From: Thermoplasmata archaeon
GTDB taxonomy: Archaea; Thermoplasmatota; Thermoplasmata; Lutacidiplasmatales; UBA184
Reading direction: 5' to 3'
DNA: 64,000 nucleotides
Assembly (NCBI GenBank): GCA_022750055.1
Contig: JAKIWL010000002.1
Span: 21,042 to 85,041 of the forward strand
The position numbers and the translations under genes were made by a program. The notes under the pieces are model-generated. The model saw nothing but the letters and a program-made list of their open reading frames with translations. It was not told where the DNA came from and did no database searches. Below are positions 18,872-27,935 of this stretch, piece after piece. The stretch's first letter is position 1. Each line of letters begins with the position of its first letter.

Positions 18872-20406
18872 AGAGGGGTCCCCCACTCCGCCACGCCGGC
18901 CGCTCCGAGGACCCGGTCGAGGGCCGCATGGTACTCTTCGGGCGGAGCTTTTAGGACCGGCCCGATCCATGGGACGAGGCTCCGCCCGAAGTTCTGCTCG
19001 GTATCGGTGAACTGCCACAGGTGGGCCGATTCCTTTCCGAGCACGACAAGGAGGCCGAAAGCGATTCCGCGCTGCTTTCCCTCGCGAGGAAGGCGGTCCA
19101 ACAGGAGCTTTTCGGAAGCACGCGCCCCTTGGGACCGATAGGCGCGCGCGATCGAATCCAGGAAGGTCGCCTCCGGAACGAGGCCGTGGTACTGCGGGAG
19201 CGCATCGAGCGCCTCCCGTTCTCGTGTCGCCCGCGCGGCGCGATGCAACAGTTCGCTCACCCGCCCGGGGGCACTGCGGGCCTCCTTGACCAAACGACTC
19301 GCCCGTTCCGGATCCGGCACGATCGCCTGAACGATCGTCTCCGCGTGGTCGGGCCACAGCTTCTCGAGGGCTCGACTCGCGGTGGCCTCTTCCACCTCGA
19401 ACAGCCCCTGGACCTCGGGCAGGACGCGCTCGAGGGCCGCCTGCTCTTCGGGGGTCGGTTCGAGCGAATCGATGAATCGCTTGCGGTCCGGCCCGAAGCA
19501 GTTCCCTTCCGAGACGAAGATGGGAGACCGCGACCGTTCGAACAGAGGGAGCACCCCGGCGACGTACTCGTCCAAAACCTCTCGGTCGGAGAGCTTTCCG
19601 AAATGGTAGCGCTTGGTGACTCCCCTCGATAGGCCCGGGAGGTGTCGGTGAGGACAATCCGGGGCGCTGTCGCACTGGGCGTTCAGGGACACGGTCACGC
19701 GGAAGGCCGACTCCGGGTCCGGGATCGCCGCGTTCGAGCTCAGATCGGCGAGCAGATGGCGGTCGCTTTTCGCGCAGCGTCGGCACAGTCGGACCCGGGT
19801 CTGCGCCCCCGTCCAATCGACCTCGAGGAACGGGACGTGGCTACCGGGGGCGAGGTGGGGACAATCGAGGGCCCGCCCCTCGGGGGCCGTTTGCAGGCGG
19901 TACGGGAGATGGGCAAGCTGCCGGGTCCGAAATTCCTCCGGGGGAGCGGGGTCGGACCCGGTGCAATACAGGACGTCGTCGGTGGCGAAGAAATGGAACC
20001 CCTTGCGCGCCCAATCGAGATACCCGAGGAGCAGTCGGGTCGGGTCGTCGGAGTTCTGGACTGCGACCTCGGCCTCCCGGCTGGCTTTGGACAGCGGCGC
20101 GTAGGAGATCTCCCCAGCGGGATATCGGGCCACGATGAGCGCGGGAAGCTCGGGCTCGAGGTAGAACCTCAACAGCCCGGCGTAGGCGCGTGGGATCGGC
20201 TCCCCCCATCGACGCATCCGGTCGAGGCGGTGTTGATCGTCCCGGGCCTCCCGGACCTCCTCCAGATCGCGCCGGAGTCGATCGAATCGTTCCGGCGGGC
20301 AATCCCGGGCGAGCTTCGGCACTAGGGGTTCGACGCTGTCCCGAAGGCGAGAAGCCCGGCGCACGAGCTCCCCCTCCCGGCCCCCTGACGCCCGACGGAC
20401 CCGCAC
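18868..20406 (-). CDS. Conserved-looking hypothetical protein (512 aa) with CxxC / Cx5C / CPHRH cysteine-histidine motifs
   Basis: Long non-repetitive ORF with gene-like composition. Motifs LCRRCAKSDRH, CDSAPDCPHRH, CPHLAPGSH. No family recognised by eye. Convergent 4-nt overlap with dphB. Lies 60 nt downstream of guaAA on the same strand. Confidence 0.6.
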   Translation of the reverse strand: MRVRRASGGREGELVRRASRLRDSVEPLVPKLARDCPPERFDRLRRDLEEVREARDDQHRLDRMRRWGEPIPRAYAGLLRFYLEPELPALIVARYPAGEISYAPLSKASREAEVAVQNSDDPTRLLLGYLDWARKGFHFFATDDVLYCTGSDPAPPEEFRTRQLAHLPYRLQTAPEGRALDCPHLAPGSHVPFLEVDWTGAQTRVRLCRRCAKSDRHLLADLSSNAAIPDPESAFRVTVSLNAQCDSAPDCPHRHLPGLSRGVTKRYHFGKLSDREVLDEYVAGVLPLFERSRSPIFVSEGNCFGPDRKRFIDSLEPTPEEQAALERVLPEVQGLFEVEEATASRALEKLWPDHAETIVQAIVPDPERASRLVKEARSAPGRVSELLHRAARATREREALDALPQYHGLVPEATFLDSIARAYRSQGARASEKLLLDRLPREGKQRGIAFGLLVVLGKESAHLWQFTDTEQNFGRSLVPWIGPVLKAPPEEYHAALDRVLGAAGVAEWGTPL

Positions 20407-20466
20407 CGGATCGATCGCCTCCGTCGTTCTATCGGCGGACCCTACATGAGCGCTTCACCACCGAAG

Positions 20467-21033
20467 CTAGTGTCGGACCGCCGTGAGGAAGTTTTGAAAC
20501 ATCCGGCGGCCGTGCTCGGTGTGCTCGACCTCCGGGTGGAACTGGACTCCCCAGATCGGACGAGTTGGGTGGGCCATCGCCTCCACGGGACACGCCTCGG
20601 AATGGGCGAGAGCCGACCAGCCCTCGGGCACTTGGGTCACCTGGTCGTTGTGGCTCGCCCAGACGGTGATCTGGTCCGGTATCCCTGTGAACAGGGGATC
20701 GCTCGGCCGGTCGACGGCCAGCCGGACGCGACCGAACTCCGGAGCGTCCGAGCGTCCCACCGACCCGCCGAAGTGTCGGGCCAGGAACTGGTGACCGACG
20801 CAGATCGCCAGGACGGGGACCTCGACCCGATCGATCCAATCCCCCACTGCTCCGAGTGGGTCGTTGCGCCCTTCGAGGCTGAGGGCTCCACCCGATAGGA
20901 CGACGGCGTCCGCGTCGAGGGATTCGAAGGGGGTCGAGTTCGGGATGATGCGGCTGTCGACCCCGAGGTCCCGCAGCACCCGGTACTCACGATGCGTCCA
21001 CTGTCCGCCGTTGTCGACGACCGGGACCCTCAA
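20467..21033 (-). CDS. guaAA: GMP synthase, glutamine amidotransferase subunit A
   Basis: Class I GATase triad context: LAICVGHQFLARHFGG (Cys), GVQFHPEVEHTEHG (His/Glu). 188 aa. Start is a TTG at 21033 overlapping the upstream stop (TTGA). Confidence 0.9.
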   Translation of the reverse strand: MRVPVVDNGGQWTHREYRVLRDLGVDSRIIPNSTPFESLDADAVVLSGGALSLEGRNDPLGAVGDWIDRVEVPVLAICVGHQFLARHFGGSVGRSDAPEFGRVRLAVDRPSDPLFTGIPDQITVWASHNDQVTQVPEGWSALAHSEACPVEAMAHPTRPIWGVQFHPEVEHTEHGRRMFQNFLTAVRH

Positions 21034-21392
21034 CGTGCCTCCCGGCGAGTGGGATCGTCCTCGGTGGGGCCCGACGTCGCCTCGAGCGACTGGCGTAGCT
21101 CGGCCACGTCCTCCCGAAGCTTTTGGACGTCGGAGCGCATGCGAAGCATCTCCTCTTCGAACACCGTGAACCCACCGGCGGACTGCATCCGTTGGGAGAT
21201 GTAGATGCCGATGAAGACGGCCCCCACGAGCGCGAGGATCGTGGTGAACACGAGTGCGAAGATGAAGGAGATGAGGTTGCCGAGGGCCGACAGAAGAGGC
21301 AACGTGAAAAGGCGGGTCAGCTCGGCGATCTCGATCAGGAACAGGAACCCTACCACCGCCGCCCAGAATGCGATGACGCGGCGCGGGGTCAT
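21030..21392 (-). CDS. Small integral membrane protein (120 aa, about 3 TM) with charged C-terminal coiled-coil segment
   Basis: Start trimmed to ATG 21392 (MTPRRVIAFWAAVVGFLFLIEIA...). The upstream track extension is junk. TGA overlaps the guaAA TTG start. Confidence 0.6.
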   Translation of the reverse strand: MTPRRVIAFWAAVVGFLFLIEIAELTRLFTLPLLSALGNLISFIFALVFTTILALVGAVFIGIYISQRMQSAGGFTVFEEEMLRMRSDVQKLREDVAELRQSLEATSGPTEDDPTRREAR

Positions 21393-21940
21393 GGGAAGCT
21401 CCCTACGGGGACCGATTCGAGCAGGAACGTGAGTGGGAGGGTGCCGATCGGGGTCGTGGTCGAGGAAGCGGGACTCGGGAAGTAGGACTCCGAAAGCACG
21501 GTCGTGCTCGTGAGGTTGAACTCGAAGACGCCGACGAAAAAGGCCGAGGCGCCGCTGGGGTCGATGTAGAGGGCGCTCACGTTCACGGCGACCGGGTTCC
21601 AAGCGGTCGTCTCCTCCGCAACGATGGATTGGTTCCAAACCGACCGATTCGAGAAGGAGAACGTCGGGGAGGACGGAGGGCCCCCGGGGGGCGGGTGGGC
21701 AAAGGAGAGCGTGATGGCCGCATACCGGACCGTTCCGATGCCTTCCACGTAGAAGTGAGTAAAGTTCTGGTCGGGGGATCGGTCGATGATGAGTTCGGCC
21801 TCCGTCTCGAGGCTGCCGGCCGTCGGGCGTCCCAGCGACAGGAAGTTGGGGGTCAAGGCGATCAACACCAGGAGGAGGACGACGACCGCCACGAACGGCA
21901 GGGGCAAGAGCTCGCGCAGGCGCTCGGAGGCCGCGGTCAC
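21389..21940 (-). CDS. Membrane-anchored protein (183 aa) with N-terminal TM and N-glycosylation sequons
   Basis: Start trimmed to GTG 21940, which overlaps the ubiX stop (GTGA). Protein VTAASERLRELLPLPFVAVVVLLLVLIALTPNF... then an extracellular S/T-rich domain with NRS/NQS/NVS/NLT sequons. Confidence 0.6.
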   Translation of the reverse strand: MTAASERLRELLPLPFVAVVVLLLVLIALTPNFLSLGRPTAGSLETEAELIIDRSPDQNFTHFYVEGIGTVRYAAITLSFAHPPPGGPPSSPTFSFSNRSVWNQSIVAEETTAWNPVAVNVSALYIDPSGASAFFVGVFEFNLTSTTVLSESYFPSPASSTTTPIGTLPLTFLLESVPVGSFP

Positions 21941-22512
21941 TGGGTTCCTCCCCCCCAGGGGCGGTAGAGCGAGTGCGCGACCCCGAGATGATCGAGAACC
22001 TTTCCGGCCAGATACGCGGTCTGGTCGTCGACCGTCGTCGGGTGGAGATAGTACGGAGCGGACGCCATTAGGATCACGACCCCGAGCTCGGCGAGGCGGG
22101 TCATGTGGGCAAGGGAGATCGCATCGAGAGGGGTTTCCCTCGGGACGAGGATGAGCGGCCGTTGTTCCTTGAGATGCACATGGGCAGCCCGCCCGATCAG
22201 GGTGTCCGATAGCCCGGTCGCGATCCGAGCGAGCTGGTTCATGGAACACGGCACGACCGCCATCCCTGAGGTGCGGACTGTACCGCTCGCGATGGGGGCC
22301 GCGAGGTCGGAGTCCGAGTAGAGGTGGGCCGCCTTCCGACCGATCTCCTCGGGGGTGAGCCCGGTCTCCTCCTTCAGCACCGCCCGGCCCCCGCCACTGA
22401 CCACGAGGTCAAACGGAGTCCCCGCGGCGGAGAGCGCATCCGCGACTCGGAGCGCGATGGGCGCGCCGCTGGCTCCGGTGATGCCGAGCACGATCGGCGC
22501 CAGTTCGTTCAA
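21937..22512 (-). CDS. ubiX: Flavin prenyltransferase UbiX (prenyl-FMN synthase)
   Basis: LGITGASGAPIALRVADAL...MAVVPCSMNQLARIATGLSDTLIGRAAHVHLKEQRPLILVPRETP is the classic UbiX/Pad1 flavoprotein signature. 191 aa. Confidence 0.9.
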   Translation of the reverse strand: MNELAPIVLGITGASGAPIALRVADALSAAGTPFDLVVSGGGRAVLKEETGLTPEEIGRKAAHLYSDSDLAAPIASGTVRTSGMAVVPCSMNQLARIATGLSDTLIGRAAHVHLKEQRPLILVPRETPLDAISLAHMTRLAELGVVILMASAPYYLHPTTVDDQTAYLAGKVLDHLGVAHSLYRPWGGGTQ

Positions 22513-22586
22513 GGGCTCATCCTCGGCGGGGCCACGGGGTTATCTCCTTCAACGGTTCCAGCGTAAATACGGTTCGGGAGCCTCGG

Positions 22587-23753
22587 GTGACGCATCGGAG
22601 GGCCGCAGTCATCGGAGCCGGCCACACCCGATTCGGTGTGCTGCCGGAGGGCCCCCGCTCGCTGCTGCGGGCTTCGGTCGATGGGGCCCTGACGAGCGTC
22701 GATCGAGGGCTGGACCGCCGGGAGATCGGGGAGGCCTTCCTCGGGACGTTGGGCTTTTCCGGCTGGCAACTGGGCAACGCCTCGGCGATCCTCGCGGAGG
22801 AAGCGCGAACGCCGGGCATTCCGGTGACTCGGGTCGAGAATGCTTGCGCATCCAGCGGATTCGCCCTCCGGGCGGGGATCCGCGCGATCGAGAGCGGAGC
22901 CCGGGACGTAGTCCTGGTCTGCGGCCTCGAGAAGATGACCGATTCCCCTTCGTCACGACGGCGCTACTGGCTCGGCGTTTCGGGCGACACCGAGTGGGAA
23001 CGCATGGCGGGCCTCACTTTTGCCGGGGTCTACGGTCTCATGGCGAGCGCGCATATCCGGGAGCACGGGACCCCGCTCGAAGCGCTCGCGGAGGTAGCCG
23101 TCAAGAATCACGAGAATGCTCTCAAGAATCCCAACGCGCACTTCCACAAGCGCATCACGAGAGAGGAGGCGCTCGCCGCGCCCCTCGTCGCGGACCCGCT
23201 CAGGCTCTTCGATTGCTGTCCCGTCAGCGACGGGGCGGCTTCGGTCCTGCTGGCCGGTGAGGAACTCGCTCGACGATTCACCGATACCCCCGTGACCGTG
23301 ATCGGCGACGGAGCCGCCTCGGATACCCTCGCCCTCCAGAACCGTGCCTCCCTGACGCGTCTCGCCGCGACTCGGCGCGCGGCGGAGGAAGCGTTCCAGC
23401 GTGCAGGCACGGACCGAAACACCGTCGACTTTCTCGAAGTCCATGATTGTTTCACGATCGCCGAGCTCTTGGCGCTCGAGGACCTCGGATTCGCCGACCC
23501 CGGCGGCGCGGCGCAGCTCGAGCTCTCCGGCGTCACCCGGCTGGGCGGCGACCTCCCCGTGAACCCGGACGGGGGACTGAAGGCGAAGGGTCATCCGATC
23601 GGGGCGACGGGGGCGAGCCAAGCCTACGAGGCGTTCCTCCAACTCCGTAACGCGGCGGGAGACCGACAGGTCAAGGGAGCGGTAACGGCCCTCACGCACA
23701 ACGTAGGCGGATCCGGAGCGAGCGCGACGGTGACCTTGTTCTCGGTGAGGTAG
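22587..23753 (+). CDS. Archaeal-type thiolase (acetyl-CoA C-acetyltransferase / SCP-x-like)
   Basis: Catalytic Cys in VENACASSGFALRAG, His in FLEVHDCFTIAELLALEDLGF, C-terminal NPDGGLKAKGHPIGATGAS. 388 aa. Confidence 0.85.
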   Translation: MTHRRAAVIGAGHTRFGVLPEGPRSLLRASVDGALTSVDRGLDRREIGEAFLGTLGFSGWQLGNASAILAEEARTPGIPVTRVENACASSGFALRAGIRAIESGARDVVLVCGLEKMTDSPSSRRRYWLGVSGDTEWERMAGLTFAGVYGLMASAHIREHGTPLEALAEVAVKNHENALKNPNAHFHKRITREEALAAPLVADPLRLFDCCPVSDGAASVLLAGEELARRFTDTPVTVIGDGAASDTLALQNRASLTRLAATRRAAEEAFQRAGTDRNTVDFLEVHDCFTIAELLALEDLGFADPGGAAQLELSGVTRLGGDLPVNPDGGLKAKGHPIGATGASQAYEAFLQLRNAAGDRQVKGAVTALTHNVGGSGASATVTLFSVR

Positions 23754-23757
23754 CTTC

Positions 23758-25086
23758 GTGGACCGCGAGATCGTCGCCGCATCGTTTTCGGAGGCCCGGG
23801 GACGGTTGGGTGGCTCGCCGGTCGAAGGACCGGACGAGGACGCCTTCACGCTGGCCTGCGAGGCGTTCGACGAGCTACCCTGGGCGGCCGGTGATGCTCC
23901 GCGCGTCCGGGCGCATGTCGTCGGGGAGCTTCCCGAAGGAGCGCCCGATGACCTGGCGGAGGGCCTCGGAGTTCCGGGTCTCCAACGCGTGGACTGGCCC
24001 GGGACGACGGCGGGGCTTTGGGATGCGCTCGCGGCCGCCTCGCAGGCGACCGGGGCCGGTACTGAAGCGGTCGTCCTGTTCGAGTCGGGGCCACCGCAGG
24101 ATTCGATCTCCCAACGACCGCTCGCCGGGGCGTTGGCCCTTGGCCTAAGCCGGCGGGACGGGATTCGATACGTTGGGCACACTCCAGTCGACTCGTCCGA
24201 CAGAAACACCCCGTCCTTCCGGTCGGGGACCGATCTCCTGTTCGGAGATCGAGACGCGGGCGACCCGCTCCCTCCCCTCATTCGCTACTTGGAGGCGGAG
24301 CCGGCGAGCCCGTCGATAGAACGGTCGAGTGGGTCAAGTATCCCGGCCAACCGGTCGCGCTTGGAGGACGGTCGGGACCCCGGATCGATCCACTCGATCC
24401 TGGAGCTCTGGCAGGCGGTTTGGTCGGTTGACGGTCCGAGAGTGGCGATAGGTATCGAGGGCCCCAATGGATCGTCCTTGGTCGCGTTGGAACGGCACGC
24501 CCCCATCGCGAGCGTGGTGCGCCGGTCGGCGTCCTCCAACGGGACCACTCGCGAGGCGAGAACCTCTTCGACCCGCCCCTCGGCTCTCCCGGCGAATCTC
24601 TCTGAAGGCGCCTATGTCCCCAGAGCCACCTACCGGTCCGAACGGGCCCATCGCTGGCGGTTGGCGGCGGATCGATGCTCCCGCTGCGGCGAGATCACCT
24701 TCCCCTCGCACGGCCGCTGTGCATCGTGCGGCAGCACCGACACCCTGACTCGGTTCGAACTTCCCCGCCGTGACCTCCGAGTGGAAGCCTCGACGATCAT
24801 CCACGCGGGTGCGCAACCCACCGAATTCGACCGGCAGGTCGAGGGGGCTGGCCCCTACGAGGTGGTGATCGCCTCGGTGTGCCCCGGGGTCCGGATCACC
24901 CTTCAAGTCAGCGACACTCCGGTCGGGAGCATCGGGGTCGGGGACCGAATCGATGCAAAGCTTCGAAGGCTCATCCCAATGGAAGGGGAGTGGCGATACG
25001 GACTCAAGGCGGTCCCTGCCGTTGGGCAGGCGATGCCGGAGAGATCCTCGAGAAGTCCAAGTCCGACGGATGACCCCCATGCCTGA
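23758..25086 (+). CDS. Fusion of an HMG-CoA-synthase-like (thiolase-fold) N-domain, apparently lacking the catalytic Cys, to a DUF35 zinc-ribbon/OB-fold C-domain
   Basis: N-terminal EGPDEDAFTLACEAFDEL matches the HMGCS PGPDEDTATIAVEAA block. The position equivalent to the HMGCS active-site FACKAGTAG reads VDWPGTTAG, with no Cys. C-terminal CSRCGEITFPSHGRCASCGS zinc ribbon plus OB-fold (DUF35). GTG start 5 nt after the thiolase stop. Confidence 0.7.
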   Translation: MDREIVAASFSEARGRLGGSPVEGPDEDAFTLACEAFDELPWAAGDAPRVRAHVVGELPEGAPDDLAEGLGVPGLQRVDWPGTTAGLWDALAAASQATGAGTEAVVLFESGPPQDSISQRPLAGALALGLSRRDGIRYVGHTPVDSSDRNTPSFRSGTDLLFGDRDAGDPLPPLIRYLEAEPASPSIERSSGSSIPANRSRLEDGRDPGSIHSILELWQAVWSVDGPRVAIGIEGPNGSSLVALERHAPIASVVRRSASSNGTTREARTSSTRPSALPANLSEGAYVPRATYRSERAHRWRLAADRCSRCGEITFPSHGRCASCGSTDTLTRFELPRRDLRVEASTIIHAGAQPTEFDRQVEGAGPYEVVIASVCPGVRITLQVSDTPVGSIGVGDRIDAKLRRLIPMEGEWRYGLKAVPAVGQAMPERSSRSPSPTDDPHA

Positions 25087-25188
25087 GCGGTGAACCCCCC
25101 TCGCCGAAGCTGACGGTTGGCGTGCCCCGAGGCGGGGCCGCTCTTTCCATCGGGCCCGCCAGATTGCTCCGAACGCGACCTGCAAGCC

Positions 25189-25208
25189 CTTAAATACCCC
25201 CTATATAA
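25189..25208 (+). promoter_or_regulatory. TATA box(es) of the tbp promoter (ttaaata ... tatataa), about -26 from a leaderless start at 25230
   Basis: Sequence cccttaaataccccctatataagtg, immediately upstream of tbp. The rest of the intergenic region is GC-rich. Confidence 0.5.
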
Positions 25209-25229
25209 GTGGCCGAGCGAGAGAGTCCC

Positions 25230-25778
25230 ATGGTCAAGATCCGGATCGAAAACGTCGTCGCGTCGACCTCCCTCGGGGACGAACTCGACCTGCAGTCGAT
25301 CGCCCTCGGCCTCGAAGGCGCCGAATACGAGCCGGAGCAGTTTCCCGGTCTCATCTACCGGCTGAAGGAGCCGAAGACGGCGATCTTGCTGTTCCGGTCC
25401 GGGAAGGTCGTCTGCACCGGGGCGAAGAGCATGAAGGAGGTCGAGAACTCGATCGCGACGGTATCGGCCCAGATCCGCAAGGGCGGCCAGAAGATCCTCA
25501 TGCACCCGAAGATCCAGGTGCAGAACATCGTCGCGAGCTCCGACCTCGAGTCGGAGATCAACCTGAACGCGATCGCGGTCACGCTGGGCCTCGACCGGGT
25601 CGAGTACGAACCGGAGCAGTTCCCCGGCCTGGTTTGCCGGATCGACGATCCGAAGGTCGTCGTCCTGCTGTTCGGAAGCGGCAAGCTCGTCTGCACGGGC
25701 GCTCGGAAACCTTCGGACGTCGAGGTCGCGGTCAAGAAGATCACGAAGGAACTCCGAGGCGCGAGCCTCCTGCGGTAA
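25230..25778 (+). CDS. tbp: TATA-box binding protein
   Basis: Two direct repeats of the TBP fold: IENVVASTSLGDELDL...PEQFPGLIYRL...LLFRSGKVVCTGAKS, and NIVASSDLESEINL...PEQFPGLVCRI...LLFGSGKLVCTGARK. ATG 25230 preferred over the in-frame GTG 25209 because of the TATA spacing. Confidence 0.9.
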   Translation: MVKIRIENVVASTSLGDELDLQSIALGLEGAEYEPEQFPGLIYRLKEPKTAILLFRSGKVVCTGAKSMKEVENSIATVSAQIRKGGQKILMHPKIQVQNIVASSDLESEINLNAIAVTLGLDRVEYEPEQFPGLVCRIDDPKVVVLLFGSGKLVCTGARKPSDVEVAVKKITKELRGASLLR

Positions 25779-25794
25779 AGGGCACCGCGCACTC

Positions 25795-26679
25795 GTGGCG
25801 CTCCCCCACGACCTGCCCGTCGTCGACCACCACTGCCACCTGTCCCCGACCGGGGATGGGATCGAGGCGGCCCGTCGGTTCGAGAAGGCCGGAGGGACCC
25901 ATCTCTTTCTCGCGACCCAGCAGTACGGCGAGCATCCACCCAGCTCGGTGGGCGAGTACGAAGGCCAGTTCGAGGCGACCGACGCGATCGCGCGCGGGGT
26001 GGAACAGGCGACCGGAGTCCGCGTCTATCGGGTGGTGGCGCCCTACCCCGTAGACCTGATCACCCTCGCCCCTCGACTCGGTCTCGCCGAGGCACGTCGC
26101 GTGATCGAAGGCGCCCTCGAGCTCGCGGGTCGCTGGGTCCGGGAAGGGCGGGCCGTCGCGCTCGGCGAGGTCGGTCGGCCCCACTTCGCCATGGAGCAAG
26201 CGCTCCGCGACGCCTCGGAGGAGCTCTTCCGACGAGCTCTCGAGGTGGCGACCGATGTGGGGTGTCCGGCGGTCGTCCACTGCGAGGACCTCGATGCAGC
26301 CGGCTACCAGGCCATGGCGGACCTGGCCTCGCGCGTCGGGTTTCCGGTCCATCGACTCGTGAAGCACTACGCACGATCCTGGATCCCCCCTGAAGAGCGC
26401 GCTGGGATCGTCCCGTCCTTCCTCGCGAGCCGGGACTTGAGCGCCCGGGTCCTGCTGGACAACGGGCCTTGGTTGTGGGAGACCGACTACCTCGATGACC
26501 CGAAGCGGCCCGGGGCGGTGCTCGACCTCGCCACGATCCCACGCCGCGCGGCCCAGGTCGCCGCCTCCGGGAGCGCTGCACTCGAGGCCCTTCGGATCCC
26601 GTTCGAGACCGCGATCCGTTCGGTCTACGGGTTCACTCCGGCCGTCGATGACCGGCGCCGTCCTTCGGGGCGTCCGTGA
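25795..26679 (+). CDS. TatD-related metal-dependent hydrolase (amidohydrolase superfamily)
   Basis: N-terminal VVDHHCHLSP metal-binding motif. Later HCEDLD and HYARS His/Asp positions. 294 aa. Family assignment is moderate. Confidence 0.65.
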   Translation: MALPHDLPVVDHHCHLSPTGDGIEAARRFEKAGGTHLFLATQQYGEHPPSSVGEYEGQFEATDAIARGVEQATGVRVYRVVAPYPVDLITLAPRLGLAEARRVIEGALELAGRWVREGRAVALGEVGRPHFAMEQALRDASEELFRRALEVATDVGCPAVVHCEDLDAAGYQAMADLASRVGFPVHRLVKHYARSWIPPEERAGIVPSFLASRDLSARVLLDNGPWLWETDYLDDPKRPGAVLDLATIPRRAAQVAASGSAALEALRIPFETAIRSVYGFTPAVDDRRRPSGRP

Positions 26680-26786
26680 CCCGACCCCATCGGTGAGGGC
26701 ACCGCTCGCGGTCTGCGTCCGTGCGCCCCTTCTCGATGGGGGGACGCTCTTTTACCCGCACCGACCTCCGAGGCTCGAGGGTTCCG

Positions 26787-27935
26787 ATGAGCTCCATTCT
26801 GGTGGCCGAAGAGACCCTCGACCCCAACTTCGTCCCGCCGCGACTGGTTCGCCGGGACGCGGAGCTGGCCCTCATCGTCGGCCGATATCGGAGCGCGCTG
26901 TCCAAGGGTCTGACCTACCACCAGTTCCTCACCGGGGGGATCGGGAGCGGGAAGACCGCGCTCGCCCGGAAGGTAGCCCAAGAACTCGCTCGGATCGGCC
27001 CCCTGAACCGCCGTCCGATCTTGACGCACTACGTCAATTGTTGGAGGCGATCGAACGACCGGCTGGTCCTACTCGAACTCCTCCGCGCGGTCGGGGTATA
27101 CCTGCCTGACAAGGGCTACGGAGTGCCGGACATGCTCGACACCCTCGAACAGGGCTTGCGAAAGACCCCGGCTCACCGCATCGTTCTTCTCGATGAAGTC
27201 GGAGCCCTCGTCCGGCAGGAGACCCGGCTCATCTACCTGCTCACCCGCTCCGGAGAGGTCGGGCTCGGATCGATCTCCCTCCTGATGGTGTCCCCGGAGG
27301 ACGTCCTGCCGTACCTCGACGCCGCGAGCCGGTCGAGTTTCGGTTCGACCCATCGGCTCGCCTTGCCGAGGTACGAGGCCGAGGACCTCGTCGAGATCCT
27401 CTCCTACCGTGCGGGGCTCGCCCTGCGCCCGGGCAGCTACTCCCCGGACGTGATCGAGCAGATCGCCTCCCTGGCGGCGCCGACGGGCGACGCCCGATTT
27501 GCCCTCGAGCTGTTGCAAGGCGCCGCCCGATACGCCGAAGAGTCCGGGTCAGCCGAGGTGGAGCCGGAGCATGTCCGTTCCTCCAAGGGGTCGATGATGC
27601 CGACCCTGAGCGAGGCGAAGCTCGAGGCCCTCGGGGATGCGGACCTCCTCATCCTGCTTGCGCTCTCCCGCTCCCTGCGGGGGCCCCGGACCCGGACCCC
27701 GACGGGTCGAGTCCGGCAATCCTATGCCTCGGTCGCCGAAGAATACGGCCGAGCCCCCGTGAGCCGGGTCACCTTCTGGCGTGCGGTTCGTTCGTTGGAA
27801 CTGGAGGGCGTCATTCAGGTCGAACCCTCGACCCCCGGCCGCCCCTCCCGCCTCGGCATGGACGAGGTCCCGGCCGGCCTCCTGACGACGTTGATCGAGG
27901 AGCGGTTCTCCGCCCGACGACGGCGGAAGTCCTAA
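26787..27935 (+). CDS. cdc6: Second Orc1/Cdc6 paralogue
   Basis: Start trimmed to ATG 26787 (MSSILVAEETLDPNFVPPRLVRRDAE...). Walker A LTGGIGSGKTALARKV. Walker B RIVLLDEVGALV. C-terminal winged helix (TFWRAVRSLELEGVIQVE). 382 aa. Confidence 0.85.
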   Translation: MSSILVAEETLDPNFVPPRLVRRDAELALIVGRYRSALSKGLTYHQFLTGGIGSGKTALARKVAQELARIGPLNRRPILTHYVNCWRRSNDRLVLLELLRAVGVYLPDKGYGVPDMLDTLEQGLRKTPAHRIVLLDEVGALVRQETRLIYLLTRSGEVGLGSISLLMVSPEDVLPYLDAASRSSFGSTHRLALPRYEAEDLVEILSYRAGLALRPGSYSPDVIEQIASLAAPTGDARFALELLQGAARYAEESGSAEVEPEHVRSSKGSMMPTLSEAKLEALGDADLLILLALSRSLRGPRTRTPTGRVRQSYASVAEEYGRAPVSRVTFWRAVRSLELEGVIQVEPSTPGRPSRLGMDEVPAGLLTTLIEERFSARRRRKS

